64,000 nucleotides of DNA from Kiritimatiellia bacterium (lineage in GTDB: Bacteria; Verrucomicrobiota; Kiritimatiellia; CAIVKH01), in the NCBI GenBank assembly GCA_027493775.1, contig JAOSKE010000003.1:269761-333760 (forward strand), in the 5' to 3' direction. A program made the translations under genes and the position numbers. Numbering within the stretch: the first letter of the stretch is position 1; each line of letters starts with the position of its first letter. Of the stretch, positions 22,158 to 32,611 are shown piece by piece. Below the pieces are notes generated by a model that was given only the letters and a program-made list of their open reading frames with translations, searched no databases and was not told the origin of the DNA.

Positions 22158-23834
22158 ATGGCGGGCGAATATATTTTCAATCTGCAACGGCTGACGAAGC
22201 AGTACAACAAAACAAACGTATTGGAAGACGTCACGCTGGCGTTCTTTTTCGGCGCAAAAATCGGCGTGATCGGCGGCAACGGCGCGGGCAAGTCCACTCT
22301 GCTCCGAATCATGGCGGGCATTGACACGGATTTCATGGGTGAAATGCAGGTCGCGAAAAATACAAAAATCGGCTACCTCGCCCAGGAGCCGGAGCTTGAT
22401 CCGGAAAAAGATGTCATGGGCAACGTTCAGGACGGCGTGGCGGAGGCGCGAAAGACGCTTGGTCGCTACGACGAAATTTGCGGACTGCTCGGCGAAAACC
22501 TCTCGCAGGCGGAAAAAGACAAGCTCGGCGACGAGATGGACCGGCTGCAAACGGTCATAGACACGCACGATTTGTGGGAACTGGATCTTCAGGTCGAATT
22601 GGCAATGGAGGCGTTGCGCCTTCCGCCGCCGGATGCGAAGGTCACTGAAATTTCCGGCGGCGAGCGTCGCCGCGTCGCGCTCTGTCGCTTGCTGTTGTCG
22701 AATCCGGACGTGCTGCTGCTCGACGAACCGACGAACCATCTGGACGCGGAGTCCGTCGCGTGGCTGGAGGAATTTCTGAAAAAATTCACGGGCACCATTG
22801 TCGTCATCACGCACGACCGCTACTTCCTCTCGAACGTCACTGAATGGATACTGGAACTCGAAGGCGGGCGTGCGCATCCATACAAGGGAAATTACGCCGC
22901 ATGGCTGGAGCAAAAGCAGGCGCTCCAGGAACGCGACGCAAAAGCGGCGCAGTCCCGCCGCAAGCTGCTCGAACAGGAACTCGCGTGGGTGCGCATGAAT
23001 CCCGGCGCACGGCGAGCGCGCAACAAGGCGCGCCTGCAACGCTACGATGAGCTGGCAAGTCAGCAGATGGATACACGCGAGGAGAATCTCTACATTCAAA
23101 TACCCTCCGGCGAGCGACTCGGCGACCTCGTGGTGCGAGCGGTGGGAGTCAGCAAGGCCTTTGGCGACCGTTTGCTGATGGATCGCGTGAACTTCGAGCT
23201 GCCGCGCGGCGGAATCGTCGGCGTCGTTGGCGGAAACGGCGCAGGCAAGACCACTCTGTTCCGTATGATTGTCGGACAGGAAAAGCCAACAACCGGCACG
23301 CTCACGGTCGGCCCCACCGCGCGCCTCTCCTACGTGGATCAGTTCCGCGATTCACTGAACCCGCAGAACACAGTGTATGAGGAAATTTCCGGCGGAATGG
23401 AGTTCTTGGATGTCGGCGGAAAACAAATGAACAGCCGCGCATATTGCGCACGCTTTAATTTTCGCGGGCCAGATCAGCAGAAAAAAGTCAGTCGTCTATC
23501 CGGCGGCGAACGCAATCGCCTGCACCTCGCCAAACTTCTGCGCGGCGGTGGGAATCTGCTTCTCCTCGACGAACCGACAAACGACCTCGATGTAGATACG
23601 CTCCGCTCGCTGGAGGAAGGACTGCTGAATTTCGGCGGATGCGCGGTGATCGTCAGCCACGACCGATGGTTCCTTGATCGAATTGCGACGCATATCCTGG
23701 CATTCGAGGGGGACAGCAAAGTGACGTGGTTCGAGGGGAACTATGAGGCGTACCACGAACAGCGCCGACGCCTGTTGGGCGACGCGGCTGATCGTCCGAC
23801 CAGGGTCAAATTCCGCCCTGTCAGACATACTTAA
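22158..23834 (+). CDS. ettA: Energy-dependent translational throttle protein EttA (ABC-F)
   Basis: Two ABC cassettes ([18 protein letters not shown]), [20 protein letters not shown] linker, FEGNYEAY tail. Confidence 0.92.
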   Translation: MAGEYIFNLQRLTKQYNKTNVLEDVTLAFFFGAKIGVIGGNGAGKSTLLRIMAGIDTDFMGEMQVAKNTKIGYLAQEPELDPEKDVMGNVQDGVAEARKTLGRYDEICGLLGENLSQAEKDKLGDEMDRLQTVIDTHDLWELDLQVELAMEALRLPPPDAKVTEISGGERRRVALCRLLLSNPDVLLLDEPTNHLDAESVAWLEEFLKKFTGTIVVITHDRYFLSNVTEWILELEGGRAHPYKGNYAAWLEQKQALQERDAKAAQSRRKLLEQELAWVRMNPGARRARNKARLQRYDELASQQMDTREENLYIQIPSGERLGDLVVRAVGVSKAFGDRLLMDRVNFELPRGGIVGVVGGNGAGKTTLFRMIVGQEKPTTGTLTVGPTARLSYVDQFRDSLNPQNTVYEEISGGMEFLDVGGKQMNSRAYCARFNFRGPDQQKKVSRLSGGERNRLHLAKLLRGGGNLLLLDEPTNDLDVDTLRSLEEGLLNFGGCAVIVSHDRWFLDRIATHILAFEGDSKVTWFEGNYEAYHEQRRRLLGDAADRPTRVKFRPVRHT

Positions 23835-23886
23835 TTCAAGTGACAACGAGGAATAATTACTTTATATTTCAACCTTTGACTTAAAA

Positions 23887-24102
23887 ATGAATGAAAAGAA
23901 CCCAGTATCCGGCTCACGCAAGCCTAGCGAGGCTGAAGAAACAAGCGCGGAGCTAATGTACGTTAAGTGCGCGGTTTGCGGGAAGTGGATGGATGTCAAG
24001 CCGGGGCATATCAACGGGATTTCGCACAGCTTTTGCACCGAGTGCTACACGGCCGAAATGCGCAAATTAAATACGGACAAAAACGACTCCAAGGCGTCTT
24101 GA
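23887..24102 (+). CDS. Small putative zinc-binding protein (CxxC...HxxCxxC)
   Basis: 71-aa ORF containing CAVCGKWM...GISHSFCTEC; sits alone in the gap between ettA and the phosphatase gene. Confidence 0.6.
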   Translation: MNEKNPVSGSRKPSEAEETSAELMYVKCAVCGKWMDVKPGHINGISHSFCTECYTAEMRKLNTDKNDSKAS

Positions 24103-24129
24103 CCTAGATTTCGATTCCGAGCCGCCGCG

Positions 24130-26076
24130 CTACTCCCGGCGAATCACAAGAAGCGTAATATCATCCGCCGCAGGCGCACCTTCCGAAAAATTCTGCGCCG
24201 CCTTGACCAACGCCGGGACCATTTCGATTGGCGGTCTGGAGATGTATTGCTGCACCAATTCGGCAAGTCGGTCGTAGCCGAGTTCTTCATGGTTTCGATC
24301 CAGCGATTCCGTAACACCGTCCGTGAACAACACCATCACGTCACCCGGCGCGAATTCAACGGACGTTGATTTCAACAAGTCTTCGAACAGCGGCACATCG
24401 GTGAGACCCAACGCGCTGCCCGGCGGCTGCAACCGCTCCACCGCCCCGCCTGCCCGCGCAAGGAACAGCGGTTCGTGTCCGGCGCGGACGATGGACGCGC
24501 GGTGCGTGGTGGGATCGAAGGTGAACGCGGCGAGCGTCACAAACATCTCCGGCTCCAAATCCGGCGTCAATTTTCGGTTCACGCGACGAAAGATATCTTT
24601 CGGTTCCGACGCAACTTCGGAATACGTGTGAATCAGGGAGCGGACCACACTCATAATCATCGCGGCGGGCACACCCTTGCCCGACACGTCGCCGATTATG
24701 CACATCCACGAATCACCTGCAGGCACGATATCAAAATAGTCGCCGCCGACCTCCAGCGCCGGCACACTGATCCCGTAAATCTGGTAGCCGGGGACTTCTG
24801 GCATAATGCGGGGAAGCAGGCTCTGTTGAATATCGCGCGCCCACTCCATTTCCTGCCGCACACGGTCGCGTTCCGCTTCCGCTTCATACAATTGCGCGTT
24901 TTCGACAGCCATTGCGGCGTGATGCGCCAGCGTCTCAACCGTCGTGATGGTCTCCTCCGTGTAGGGCGATCCATCATCGCGCACGCCGAGATGAATCGCG
25001 CCAAGGCGCTTGCTGCCGATGGCCATAGGCACGGCAATTTCCATCGCCTCCGAGGCCTCCTCCAGAATTTCGCCGGACGCTGTGCGATACTGGGCGTTGC
25101 CGGTTTCATGGGCGCGTTGAGCCATTCCCGTGCGCTCCGAATCGGATGACGTTCCGCATTCGCGCACAAGTGTCAACGGGCCGCCCGGCGGGGATGCAAC
25201 ATACAAGCGGCAAAAAGAAGCCTGCGTCATTCGATCAAACATTTCTGCGAGGCTCTGAAAAAGCTCTTCCGACTCGAACTGTTTGCTGATTCGCAGCGTC
25301 CACTCCTGCATCCGGTGCATCAGCGCAATCCGGCGCACAAGCGACGAGATCATTCGATTAAACGTCTCGCTCAACAGCCCGATCTCATCGCCCGTGCTCA
25401 CCGGCACCCGTTGATCCAGATCGCCGTCGTGTACCTTGCGCGCCGCGCGGGTCAACGCTTCAATCGGGCGCAACACCCGGCGCGCAAAAATATAGGAAAG
25501 CAGCATCGCCCCCAAACAGATCAGCCCCATCACGCCAAACGAACGGCGGTAGAGCGCCCGCACATCGCTCTCAATCCCCGTCGGAAAATACATCACAACA
25601 AAGCCGGGCACGCTGCCATCGTCCGACATCGGACCCGCCATGCGAATAAGTTGGGGCCCCCGCTCATACGACTGCTGAAAAGACGCTGGCAGATCCGCAA
25701 CGGCAACCTCAACCGCCGCCGTCATCGCGCTTTTTCTGGCGTATTCGTAAAGCAGAGCGCCGTCCTCATCATAGATAAACAACGCGCGCGGCTGATGCGA
25801 TACCTGCGGATATTCTGCTCCGTCCATCCGTAAAAATTTTTGACGCAACACGTAATCGAGACTCGTGCGAATAAAGCGGCCGTCTTTTGTTTTATAGTGC
25901 GCCGCGAGATAATTGATCGCCGCGAGATACGAGGTAAACGCGCTATCGAATTCCCGCGCATACAGTTGCTTCTGAAACTGATAGGCGGTTACCGCCGTGA
26001 TGCCGATGCCCGCGGCCAAAATCAGCGTGAAACTATGCAGCAGAATCTTGTGGGCGAATTTGAGGCGTGAAAACAT
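24130..26076 (-). CDS. HAMP-GAF-SpoIIE (RsbU-like PP2C) serine phosphatase, membrane anchored
   Basis: Two TMs, HAMP (RPIEALTRAARKV...DEIGLLSETFNRM), GAF, then GGDYFD, GDVSGKG, TDGVTE and DDITLL. Confidence 0.92.
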   Translation of the reverse strand: MFSRLKFAHKILLHSFTLILAAGIGITAVTAYQFQKQLYAREFDSAFTSYLAAINYLAAHYKTKDGRFIRTSLDYVLRQKFLRMDGAEYPQVSHQPRALFIYDEDGALLYEYARKSAMTAAVEVAVADLPASFQQSYERGPQLIRMAGPMSDDGSVPGFVVMYFPTGIESDVRALYRRSFGVMGLICLGAMLLSYIFARRVLRPIEALTRAARKVHDGDLDQRVPVSTGDEIGLLSETFNRMISSLVRRIALMHRMQEWTLRISKQFESEELFQSLAEMFDRMTQASFCRLYVASPPGGPLTLVRECGTSSDSERTGMAQRAHETGNAQYRTASGEILEEASEAMEIAVPMAIGSKRLGAIHLGVRDDGSPYTEETITTVETLAHHAAMAVENAQLYEAEAERDRVRQEMEWARDIQQSLLPRIMPEVPGYQIYGISVPALEVGGDYFDIVPAGDSWMCIIGDVSGKGVPAAMIMSVVRSLIHTYSEVASEPKDIFRRVNRKLTPDLEPEMFVTLAAFTFDPTTHRASIVRAGHEPLFLARAGGAVERLQPPGSALGLTDVPLFEDLLKSTSVEFAPGDVMVLFTDGVTESLDRNHEELGYDRLAELVQQYISRPPIEMVPALVKAAQNFSEGAPAADDITLLVIRRE

Positions 26077-26375
26077 AAATGCAAGTCCGTCAGCGCATAG
26101 CGCCCAACGCCTCCCTTCCCGTCGGGAACGCCACCGGCATCAATGTATTTTTGAATGATTCAAGCGCCGCTGAATCAACTACTCCTTGAACGGAAGTAAC
26201 CGACACGCCATTCGCCTGCTCAACCGGCATATTCAGAGTCACCTTGCTCATTCTCGCTCCATATCGCCTGTTGGATTTATCTTAAACTCTGCGCCGTGGA
26301 ACCGCAACGCTCAAAAGGACTCGACTCGCTTTTCTCTTTCCCCCGCCGCTCTCCGTCTGCAATGCTCCCCGCGTC

Positions 26376-26762
26376 ATGACCGAATCTTCCGCGCACTTCA
26401 AACAATTGCTCGCCATTGCGGACGATGAAATCAAACACACCCTGGCTGGCCTTCCCCCATCCTGAAAACGAAAGCCGACGCCCTCCCCATCCTCTGCGAA
26501 GCAAAACCCAGCGCGGCGGTACAAGCCGACAACATCCTGCCCGACACCCTCGGCTTATTCGTCGGCGAAGCCCTATCCCGACGCCTATGCCGGAGCGCAC
26601 AACCTCCCCGCCCAAATTATTTTGTACCTTGAAAACATTTGGGAATACGCCAATCACGACGAGGAATTCTACCGCGAAGAAATCACCCGCACCCTGCTCC
26701 ACGAGCCCGGCCACTATCTCGGCCTCGACGAAGACGACCTCGCCGACCGCGATCTCGACTAA
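26376..26762 (+). CDS. Zincin-like metallopeptidase family protein (DUF1025-type); two apparent frameshifts (~26458, ~26572); not captured as one ORF in the track
   Basis: Reconstructed: MTESSAHFKQLLAIADDEIKHTLAGLP..., DTLGLFVG, IILYLENI, EITRTLLHEPGHYLGLDEDDL. Confidence 0.7.
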
Positions 26763-26780
26763 ATGGCGGGTCGAGAATAC

Positions 26781-26809
26781 TTGCAAACGCTAATTCAATC
26801 CGCTATCAA
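26781..26809 (+). promoter_or_regulatory. Candidate sigma70-type promoter for tRNA-Tyr
   Basis: TTGCAA-N17-TATCAA ending 18 nt before the tRNA. Confidence 0.4.
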
Positions 26810-26827
26810 CACCTCTCTTTCCCGCTT

Positions 26828-26914
26828 GGTGGGATAGCGAAGTGGACAAACGCATCAGACTGTAAATCTGACGGCTTACGCCTTCAGAAGGTTCGAATCC
26901 TTCTCCCACCACCA
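26828..26914 (+). tRNA. tRNA-Tyr(GTA)
   Basis: GGTGGGATAGCGAAGTGG...CAGACTGTAAATCTG...GGTTCGAATCCTTCTCCCACCACCA with a long variable arm. Confidence 0.97.
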
Positions 26915-26920
26915 CTTTGA

Positions 26921-28252
26921 GGTTCTCCACCAAAAGAGGGGGCAAGGCCGCTCGGTTCTCCACCAAAAGAGGGGGCAAGGCCGCTCCTCATCAACAACAG
27001 CAAGCTCTCACTCGGAGCCTATAGTTGTCAAAGTTCTTAAATCCGAAAGCGCGGCGGCTGATCATCTCCATTTTGTTATGAAAGCCTTCGGTGATCCCGT
27101 TATTGCGGCTGAAGCGCCACATACGTGCAATCTCATCCTGCCAAGCCTCCAGTGTTTGGCCTAGCGTGACCAGGCTGGACATGGGGGCTTCTTTGAGTTG
27201 CTGGATACGGGCCAAGAACTCCCGAATCCTCGGCCCGACAAGCCGAAGGATTGAGTCCCGCCAGCCGCAGCAGTTCCCAGAGTTCTTGTTTGAAGCAATA
27301 CAATGCTTCGATGGCAGGATGCGCTTGCAGATATCGGCCGAGATTCTGAGCCTGATCAGGCTCAAGTCGATCAGCACGGCGACGCAACAGGGAACGCAAC
27401 CCGCGGTTTCGGCTCTGCACCGGGTCGAGCTGCCGCCAGAGCTGATGGATGGTGTGCCCGATGAGTCGCATGACGTGGAAGCGATCCGCCACAATCTGGG
27501 CACGCGGAAAGTGTCTGCGCACGATCTCCCGGTAGCTTGAGGACAGATCTATGCAGACCACTCGCACCCTGTGCTTGTCCGGCAGCTTCGCCAGATAGCT
27601 TTCCAGCGCCGCTTCCGAGCGGCCTAGCACGACGTCATAGACCCGATGATGCTGCAGGTCACAGAAGGTGGTCGCATAGCCGTCCTTGCGAGTGAAGAAG
27701 TGCTCGTCGATCCCCAACACCCGAGGACAGGGAGCGTTCTTTCTCTCGGCCATCTTTCGCGTCAGGAACCGATGGTACCAGCGCTCGATGGTAGCAGAGC
27801 CCAAACCGGTGCGCCGGGCCAGCTGGCGCTGACAAATCCCGTCATGGTGATCTTGGCAGACCTCGTTCCGAAACGGCTCGGTGGCGCGCTGATACGGCAG
27901 AAGCCCCTCGAATCGTTGCCGAAAATAGCGTCCACATCCCCGACATAAATACTTGTATCCCCGCAGGATCAACCAGACTAACCGCTCTCCGATGCTCTCG
28001 TGTCGCACCCTTCGGACAAACGGACATTTCTTCCGCAGTTGAACTGATTCACAATGCGGACACCGCACCGGGCCGGTGTAATCAGCCTCAATCAATACGG
28101 GGTTGCGATCTTCGCACTTTCGGATATGCAGAAAGGGCAGATTCAGAATACTCTCATCATTCAAGGGCATGGTCGTCTCCTTTTGGGTTTATTTCACCGA
28201 GACCATTGTATGGTCTCAGGAGCGGCCTTGCCCCCTCTTTTGATGGAGAACC
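26921..28252 (-). mobile_element. ISL3-family insertion sequence with one terminal IR duplicated in tandem; no target-site duplication visible
   Basis: 33-bp IR GGTTCTCCA(C/T)CAAAAGAGGGGGCAAGGCCGCTC at 26921-26953, 26954-26986 and, inverted, 28220-28252. Confidence 0.9.
26991..28170 (-). CDS. ISL3-family transposase; apparent frameshift near 27235
   Basis: CPHC zinc finger, LGIDEH, VCIDLSSSY, VADRFHV, NNGITEGFHNKMEMISRRAFGFKNFDNYRLRV. Confidence 0.92.
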
Positions 28253-28325
28253 CGCATCTTGAGCCGTGTGCAGGCCGTCCCCCTCGCGGCGCTGACGGGG
28301 TGTCCACCAAATCGGGGGAACTCCA
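28253..28325 (-). mobile_element. 73-bp remnant of an IS3-family element end
   Basis: TGGAGTTCCCCCGATTTGGTGGACAC (minus, 28325-28300) closely resembles the IR of the IS3 at 63378 (TGAGCTTCCCCCGATTTGTGAACAG). Confidence 0.7.
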
Positions 28326-28767
28326 CCTGGGTGTTTCTCAAGGAGACTGCGGAGCCCATCAGCGACGTTCCTGAAGCCTTCCTCCATACTGTGCCAGTGG
28401 CGGCTCACAACAGCCTTACCATCCTCCGGCAGGGCTTTGAATTGGCGCAATGCAGGGATCTGCCAGTCGCATTCCCGAACTATGCTCGGCACGATCCTTG
28501 CTTTCCCGTCTTCTGGCGCACAAGCGCACGGGCGAATTCCTTATCATAACAGTAGTTGGAGTTAATGAAGGAGGAACTGACGAGCAGAAGGTACAACTCC
28601 GCATCCTCGATTTCGGCGCTAACATGATCGTCGATGACATCTCCCGCACAGATTTCTCGGTCCGTCTAGGTGTCGAGGAGTCCTTGGCGACGCAGGGCAG
28701 CAAGATGCTCGTGCAATTGCGTGAGAAGGTCTGCGTCCTTGTGTGAGTAGGAAATGAACGCACGCAT
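28326..28767 (-). pseudogene. TIR-domain protein, interrupted (in-frame TAG, an apparent frameshift near 28500, C-terminus cut by the IS3 end)
   Basis: MRAFISYSHKD...LLDT*TDREICAGDVID...LLLVSSSFINSNYCYDKEF...IVPSIVRECDW: canonical TIR_2 motifs. Confidence 0.85.
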
Positions 28768-28780
28768 AGTGTGTCGCCGG

Positions 28781-29785
28781 CTACTTTCCCTTCCTTCCGT
28801 CAGCCAGAATCGTGTCTGGATACGGGCCAAGGAAGCGTTCGCCGTTGAAGTGCACAACGTGGTCAGGGGCTTCGGCGATCCAGACCTCCGTTTCCCATGA
28901 GATTTGACTCAGAAACCGCCCCATTGCATCGCGCGTTTCAAACGCCGTTACAAAGACAAGACCGCTGGGGAAGCCAGAGAAGAGGTCCTTGAGTTCTCGG
29001 CGACGTTTTCCATCCACCACACCCGCGCTTGTCACGGCCTCACCGATCACCAGCCATCGGCGGTTCGGGTCATACACGACAACATCCGGCATCTTGGCCG
29101 CAGAGTCGATTACGACCCCGAGACGCTTGAAGTAGTCTGCTTCGAAATGCTGAAACTTGTTCTCGGCGTCTCCCACGTAGAGAACCACACCGCCCTGAAT
29201 GAATCGGGTGCAGAAGTTTTCGATGAACGATTTGATGAGGGGGTTCTGACCACCCGGCGACAACGTGATCTCACCGCCCGACGGTAGGCGCACTGGGATG
29301 CGGGCAATGTCCCTCGCTCTACGGAGTTCACGCTTGATCTCATCTCGTGACTCCGAATAACGCTTGAGCGAGGCCGCCCAACCGGGAGCCTTGAACGTCC
29401 TGCACAGTCGAAGCGCCGTTGGCTCGATCTGGTACACGGTCTTGCCGCTGTTGGTTGGTCGGTTCGGGTCATCGGGGTTCTTCACGAGAAGCCCCTCTTC
29501 AACGAAGTACTTCACGGCCTCGTCACGGATGGTTTCGCGTGTGTTGGGGGCATAACGCAGACGGTACTTGTTTGCGACAAAGTCGATAATTGGCGTGATT
29601 CCGCGGAGTGGATCCTGCGCACCGGTCCAGTCGTCATACGGGCCAAGATCGAGAAGTGCGAGAAGGACATAACCGGCGACCTCGTTGCTCTGTCTTGGGC
29701 CAAAACCCATTGAGCGGAGAATTGCCATCGCCTCCTTCAGTTTCCGCGCGCCGCGCGGCTTCCCTTTGCTCGAAGTTGGATTCAT
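28781..29785 (-). CDS. BsuBI/PstI-family type II restriction endonuclease
   Basis: YAPNTRETIRDEAV, PNRPTNSGKTVYQIE, LSPGGQNPLIK, KMPDVVVYD..WLVIGEAVTSAG, ISWETEVWIAEAPDHVVHFNGERFLGPY. Confidence 0.92.
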   Translation of the reverse strand: MNPTSSKGKPRGARKLKEAMAILRSMGFGPRQSNEVAGYVLLALLDLGPYDDWTGAQDPLRGITPIIDFVANKYRLRYAPNTRETIRDEAVKYFVEEGLLVKNPDDPNRPTNSGKTVYQIEPTALRLCRTFKAPGWAASLKRYSESRDEIKRELRRARDIARIPVRLPSGGEITLSPGGQNPLIKSFIENFCTRFIQGGVVLYVGDAENKFQHFEADYFKRLGVVIDSAAKMPDVVVYDPNRRWLVIGEAVTSAGVVDGKRRRELKDLFSGFPSGLVFVTAFETRDAMGRFLSQISWETEVWIAEAPDHVVHFNGERFLGPYPDTILADGRKGK

Positions 29786-31359
29786 GCCTCCAACTCTCCT
29801 TGCACGATGTGGTCAATGTCATTCTGCTCAAGGGTGTCTTCCCCAATACAGTTTCCTATGTTGCGCAATTGCCCGGCCGTGGGGAACCCTACGTTGCGAA
29901 GATCAGTTGCATTCACTTGGGTATGACCGTTGAACTGCCGGAAATAGAGGTCCAACGCCGACGAGTTCAGATAGGCCCACAATCCCTTTGCTAGGGGCAT
30001 GTCGAGGCCTCTTCCGCTGGCGTGAATGTAGTTCAGGTGGTTCTCGAACCCGATCCGCTGCGCTTTGACACGGCCTGGGTCGTAGATGCACGCGACCACT
30101 CGCCGACGTTCCTCCTTGGATGTGAATCGCTTGGTAAGAACGTAGACGCCAGTCGGAACGAGGAGGTTTGCCGTTTGTTCCCTGTCTAGAATCGCGTTTG
30201 GCTTGCGCGAGCGCTCTCTCGGCCACGCCACGAAAAGGCCGTCAAAGTGGCACGGGTAGATCAGAGGACTTGCGCCGGATTCAGGCTCTTGCCGGATGTA
30301 TTCACGCGCCCGAAAATCCACAACCCGACCTGTCGAAACCGCGAGGCCAAGAGTCGAAAGGCTCGCGCTCAACTGCGCCACTTGGACACGAGCGGCAACA
30401 TGCTGCGCGGAAGTCGGGATGTGAATGAAGGCCTCGGGATCACGGGGTGAGACGATTTCGGATACTGGAAAGGCGCGATTGCAGACGACGTCCCCGTCGT
30501 CACCGCCGCTCTGTGAAACCCGGATTGTTCGGGGTTGGTGAGAATCTTTGACAGCATGGAGAATCACGTTTTCTTGCAGCACGTTGTCGTGCTTGAAAGC
30601 CGCAGTGCGCGATTCAAAGACATGAAGTCTTCGGAATGACATTTCCGCCAACAGCCTTCGACGAAACGGCTTGAAATACGGGCCATTGCAGAAACTGCGA
30701 GGTGTTATCGCAACGAGTTCACCGTGTGGCCTAAGCAGGCTGATGATCAGATTCAGGAACGCCGTGTACAGGTTCGTTGTCTCAGCTTTCACGGCCTGCA
30801 ACAGGCGATAATCTGCGGATGCTGTAGAGAGTTTCCCATAAGGCGGATTGACGATGGCAACGTCAAAGCTCTGCGGTGTTCCGGAAAAGAAATCATCTCT
30901 TACCATGTCTGCACCTTCGGCGATAAAATCGGCATTGCGGATGTTCGCCGAGAACGCGACGCCCCGCTTCTCGCAGGCGGCGCGACACGCTTCATAGGTC
31001 TCCTCGATCCCCTGAATCATGGCGTTGTCCACTTCATAGGCAACGATTTCAATGCACTGCGGGGTTTTCTTGTGGAGCAATTGCTGACGAACGAAAGCAG
31101 CCGAAAGAATGCCCATGCCCGCCCCGGCATCGAGTAGGCGGATTCGCTGGGAATGGACGCGGAACATCGTGGCCATGAGTTCGGCAACGTGCGGGGGTGT
31201 AAGGAATTGGCCGTATTCCTTCTGCTGTCGAGGATTTGCGGAGGCGAAGTAACGGGCACGGAGTGTGTCCGGTATGGACAGCAGGTGCCGATAGTCCTGC
31301 GATGGGCTATCGCAACCCTCGCACCGCCTCTCAATCATCGCTGTTGTCATTGTGTGCAT
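29782..31359 (-). CDS. N6-adenine DNA methyltransferase (Eco57I / BsuBI-PstI type)
   Basis: GQFLTP, LDAGAGMG, NPPY, TNLYTAF, FENHLNYIH, FRQFNGHTQVNATDL; ATGA overlap with the REase. Confidence 0.93.
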   Translation of the reverse strand: MHTMTTAMIERRCEGCDSPSQDYRHLLSIPDTLRARYFASANPRQQKEYGQFLTPPHVAELMATMFRVHSQRIRLLDAGAGMGILSAAFVRQQLLHKKTPQCIEIVAYEVDNAMIQGIEETYEACRAACEKRGVAFSANIRNADFIAEGADMVRDDFFSGTPQSFDVAIVNPPYGKLSTASADYRLLQAVKAETTNLYTAFLNLIISLLRPHGELVAITPRSFCNGPYFKPFRRRLLAEMSFRRLHVFESRTAAFKHDNVLQENVILHAVKDSHQPRTIRVSQSGGDDGDVVCNRAFPVSEIVSPRDPEAFIHIPTSAQHVAARVQVAQLSASLSTLGLAVSTGRVVDFRAREYIRQEPESGASPLIYPCHFDGLFVAWPRERSRKPNAILDREQTANLLVPTGVYVLTKRFTSKEERRRVVACIYDPGRVKAQRIGFENHLNYIHASGRGLDMPLAKGLWAYLNSSALDLYFRQFNGHTQVNATDLRNVGFPTAGQLRNIGNCIGEDTLEQNDIDHIVQGELEA

Positions 31360-31907
31360 TTGCTAGAGAAACGCTAGCCCTTATTGGCCGCGAACTCAAT
31401 CACAAACAAGGCCAGCACTTGCAGCAAGCTTTTCGTTGGGTGCAGGAAAGTGAGAACACTTTTCAACCGAAAGCCCCCACTTCCATCCGGGTTTTCGGTG
31501 AAAATTGACCGCATCCGCCTTCGTGAACGGAGCGCGAAGCAACCGGCATAACACGGCGTCGCGCCGTGGCGTGACGGGTGTGCGCGTAGTGAACCCGGTG
31601 AAGCGGGACCGCAGAGCGCAGCGACTCCAGAGCGGGCAAGCGTGTGCCAGCCGGAGCACTGACGGGCGCAAGAACGAGAAGAGTGACCGGCAGGTTCTTG
31701 CCGTCGAAAAGGCAAATGGCCCTGATATTTTCACCGTAGGCGCTCACTCAGGGCGAATTGCAAGGCCGCCTCTCATCGAATCGCTCGTCATCATCGGCGA
31801 AAAATGAAGATGCAAAACGGGGCCTATAAACTCGTTTATCCAGCAGTCAATGCGGCGAGAAGCGCATCGGGCTTGCAAGATTTCTGAAACACGGAATAAC
31901 TGGGGAT

Positions 31908-32528
31908 GTGGAGACTTTGCAACTAGGTGTATTGGGTTCGGGGAATGGCAGCAATTTGCAGGCGATTCTCGACGTCATCGCGGCGTGCAAGCTGGAGGCG
32001 AAGGTGGCCTGCGTCATCAGTGATGTGGCGGATGCGTTTATTTTGGAGCGGGCACGGGAGGCGGGAGTGCCCGCGTTTCATGTGGATTGCGGGCCGTCCA
32101 AATCGAAACTGGAGAAGGACGCCGAGCAACGGGCCATCAGCATTTTGCAGGAGCACGGGGCGGATACCGTCGCGCTGGCAGGGTTCATGCGGATCATTAA
32201 ACCGGATCTCCTCCGTGCATTTCCACAGCGCGTGTTGAATATCCACCCTTCTCTGCTTCCCTCGTTCCCGGGCCTTCGGGCCTGGGAGCAGGCGCTAAAT
32301 TACGGGGTCCGGCACTCGGGCTGTACGGTTCACTTTGTAGATGAAGGTATGGATACGGGGCCAATCATCCTGCAGCGGACCGTGCTCGTCCACGACCGGG
32401 ATACGCCGGATACACTGCACAAACGCATCCAATCCCAAGAGCATATCGCCTACATTGAGGCGTTAAGACTGTTGGCACGGGGACGCATTAAGATCGAGGG
32501 CCGGCGGGTGCTCCGGACGAACGATTAA
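31908..32528 (+). CDS. purN: Phosphoribosylglycinamide formyltransferase
   Basis: [50 protein letters not shown]. Confidence 0.96.
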   Translation: METLQLGVLGSGNGSNLQAILDVIAACKLEAKVACVISDVADAFILERAREAGVPAFHVDCGPSKSKLEKDAEQRAISILQEHGADTVALAGFMRIIKPDLLRAFPQRVLNIHPSLLPSFPGLRAWEQALNYGVRHSGCTVHFVDEGMDTGPIILQRTVLVHDRDTPDTLHKRIQSQEHIAYIEALRLLARGRIKIEGRRVLRTND

Positions 32529-32611
32529 ATGCTCTTTCACTGTTTTCGCAATATTCGCATTGCCGGATACGGGTAGGATGCGATAGCTTCCACCTTTTGA
32601 GTAGCAAGGGA

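Noticed and set aside
22042-28668. Stop-codon reassignment (TGA at 22042, TAG at 28666)
   Set aside because: Both codons terminate well-conserved genes in this window (pstC ends TGA; pstA and hisG end TAG).
31360-31460. Controller (C) protein gene or C-box for the R-M system
   Set aside because: No HTH ORF and no GACT-N3-AGTC-like boxes were seen.
31540-31600. Integron attC-like site upstream of the MTase (GCATAAC plus a hairpin)
   Set aside because: There is no matching R''/R' pair at a suitable distance and no integron integrase.
26890-31900. attL/attR duplication of the tRNA-Tyr 3' end, and an integrase for the defence islet
   Set aside because: I found no second copy of the tRNA 3' end and no recombinase ORF by eye. 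The islet boundary on the purN side is undefined.
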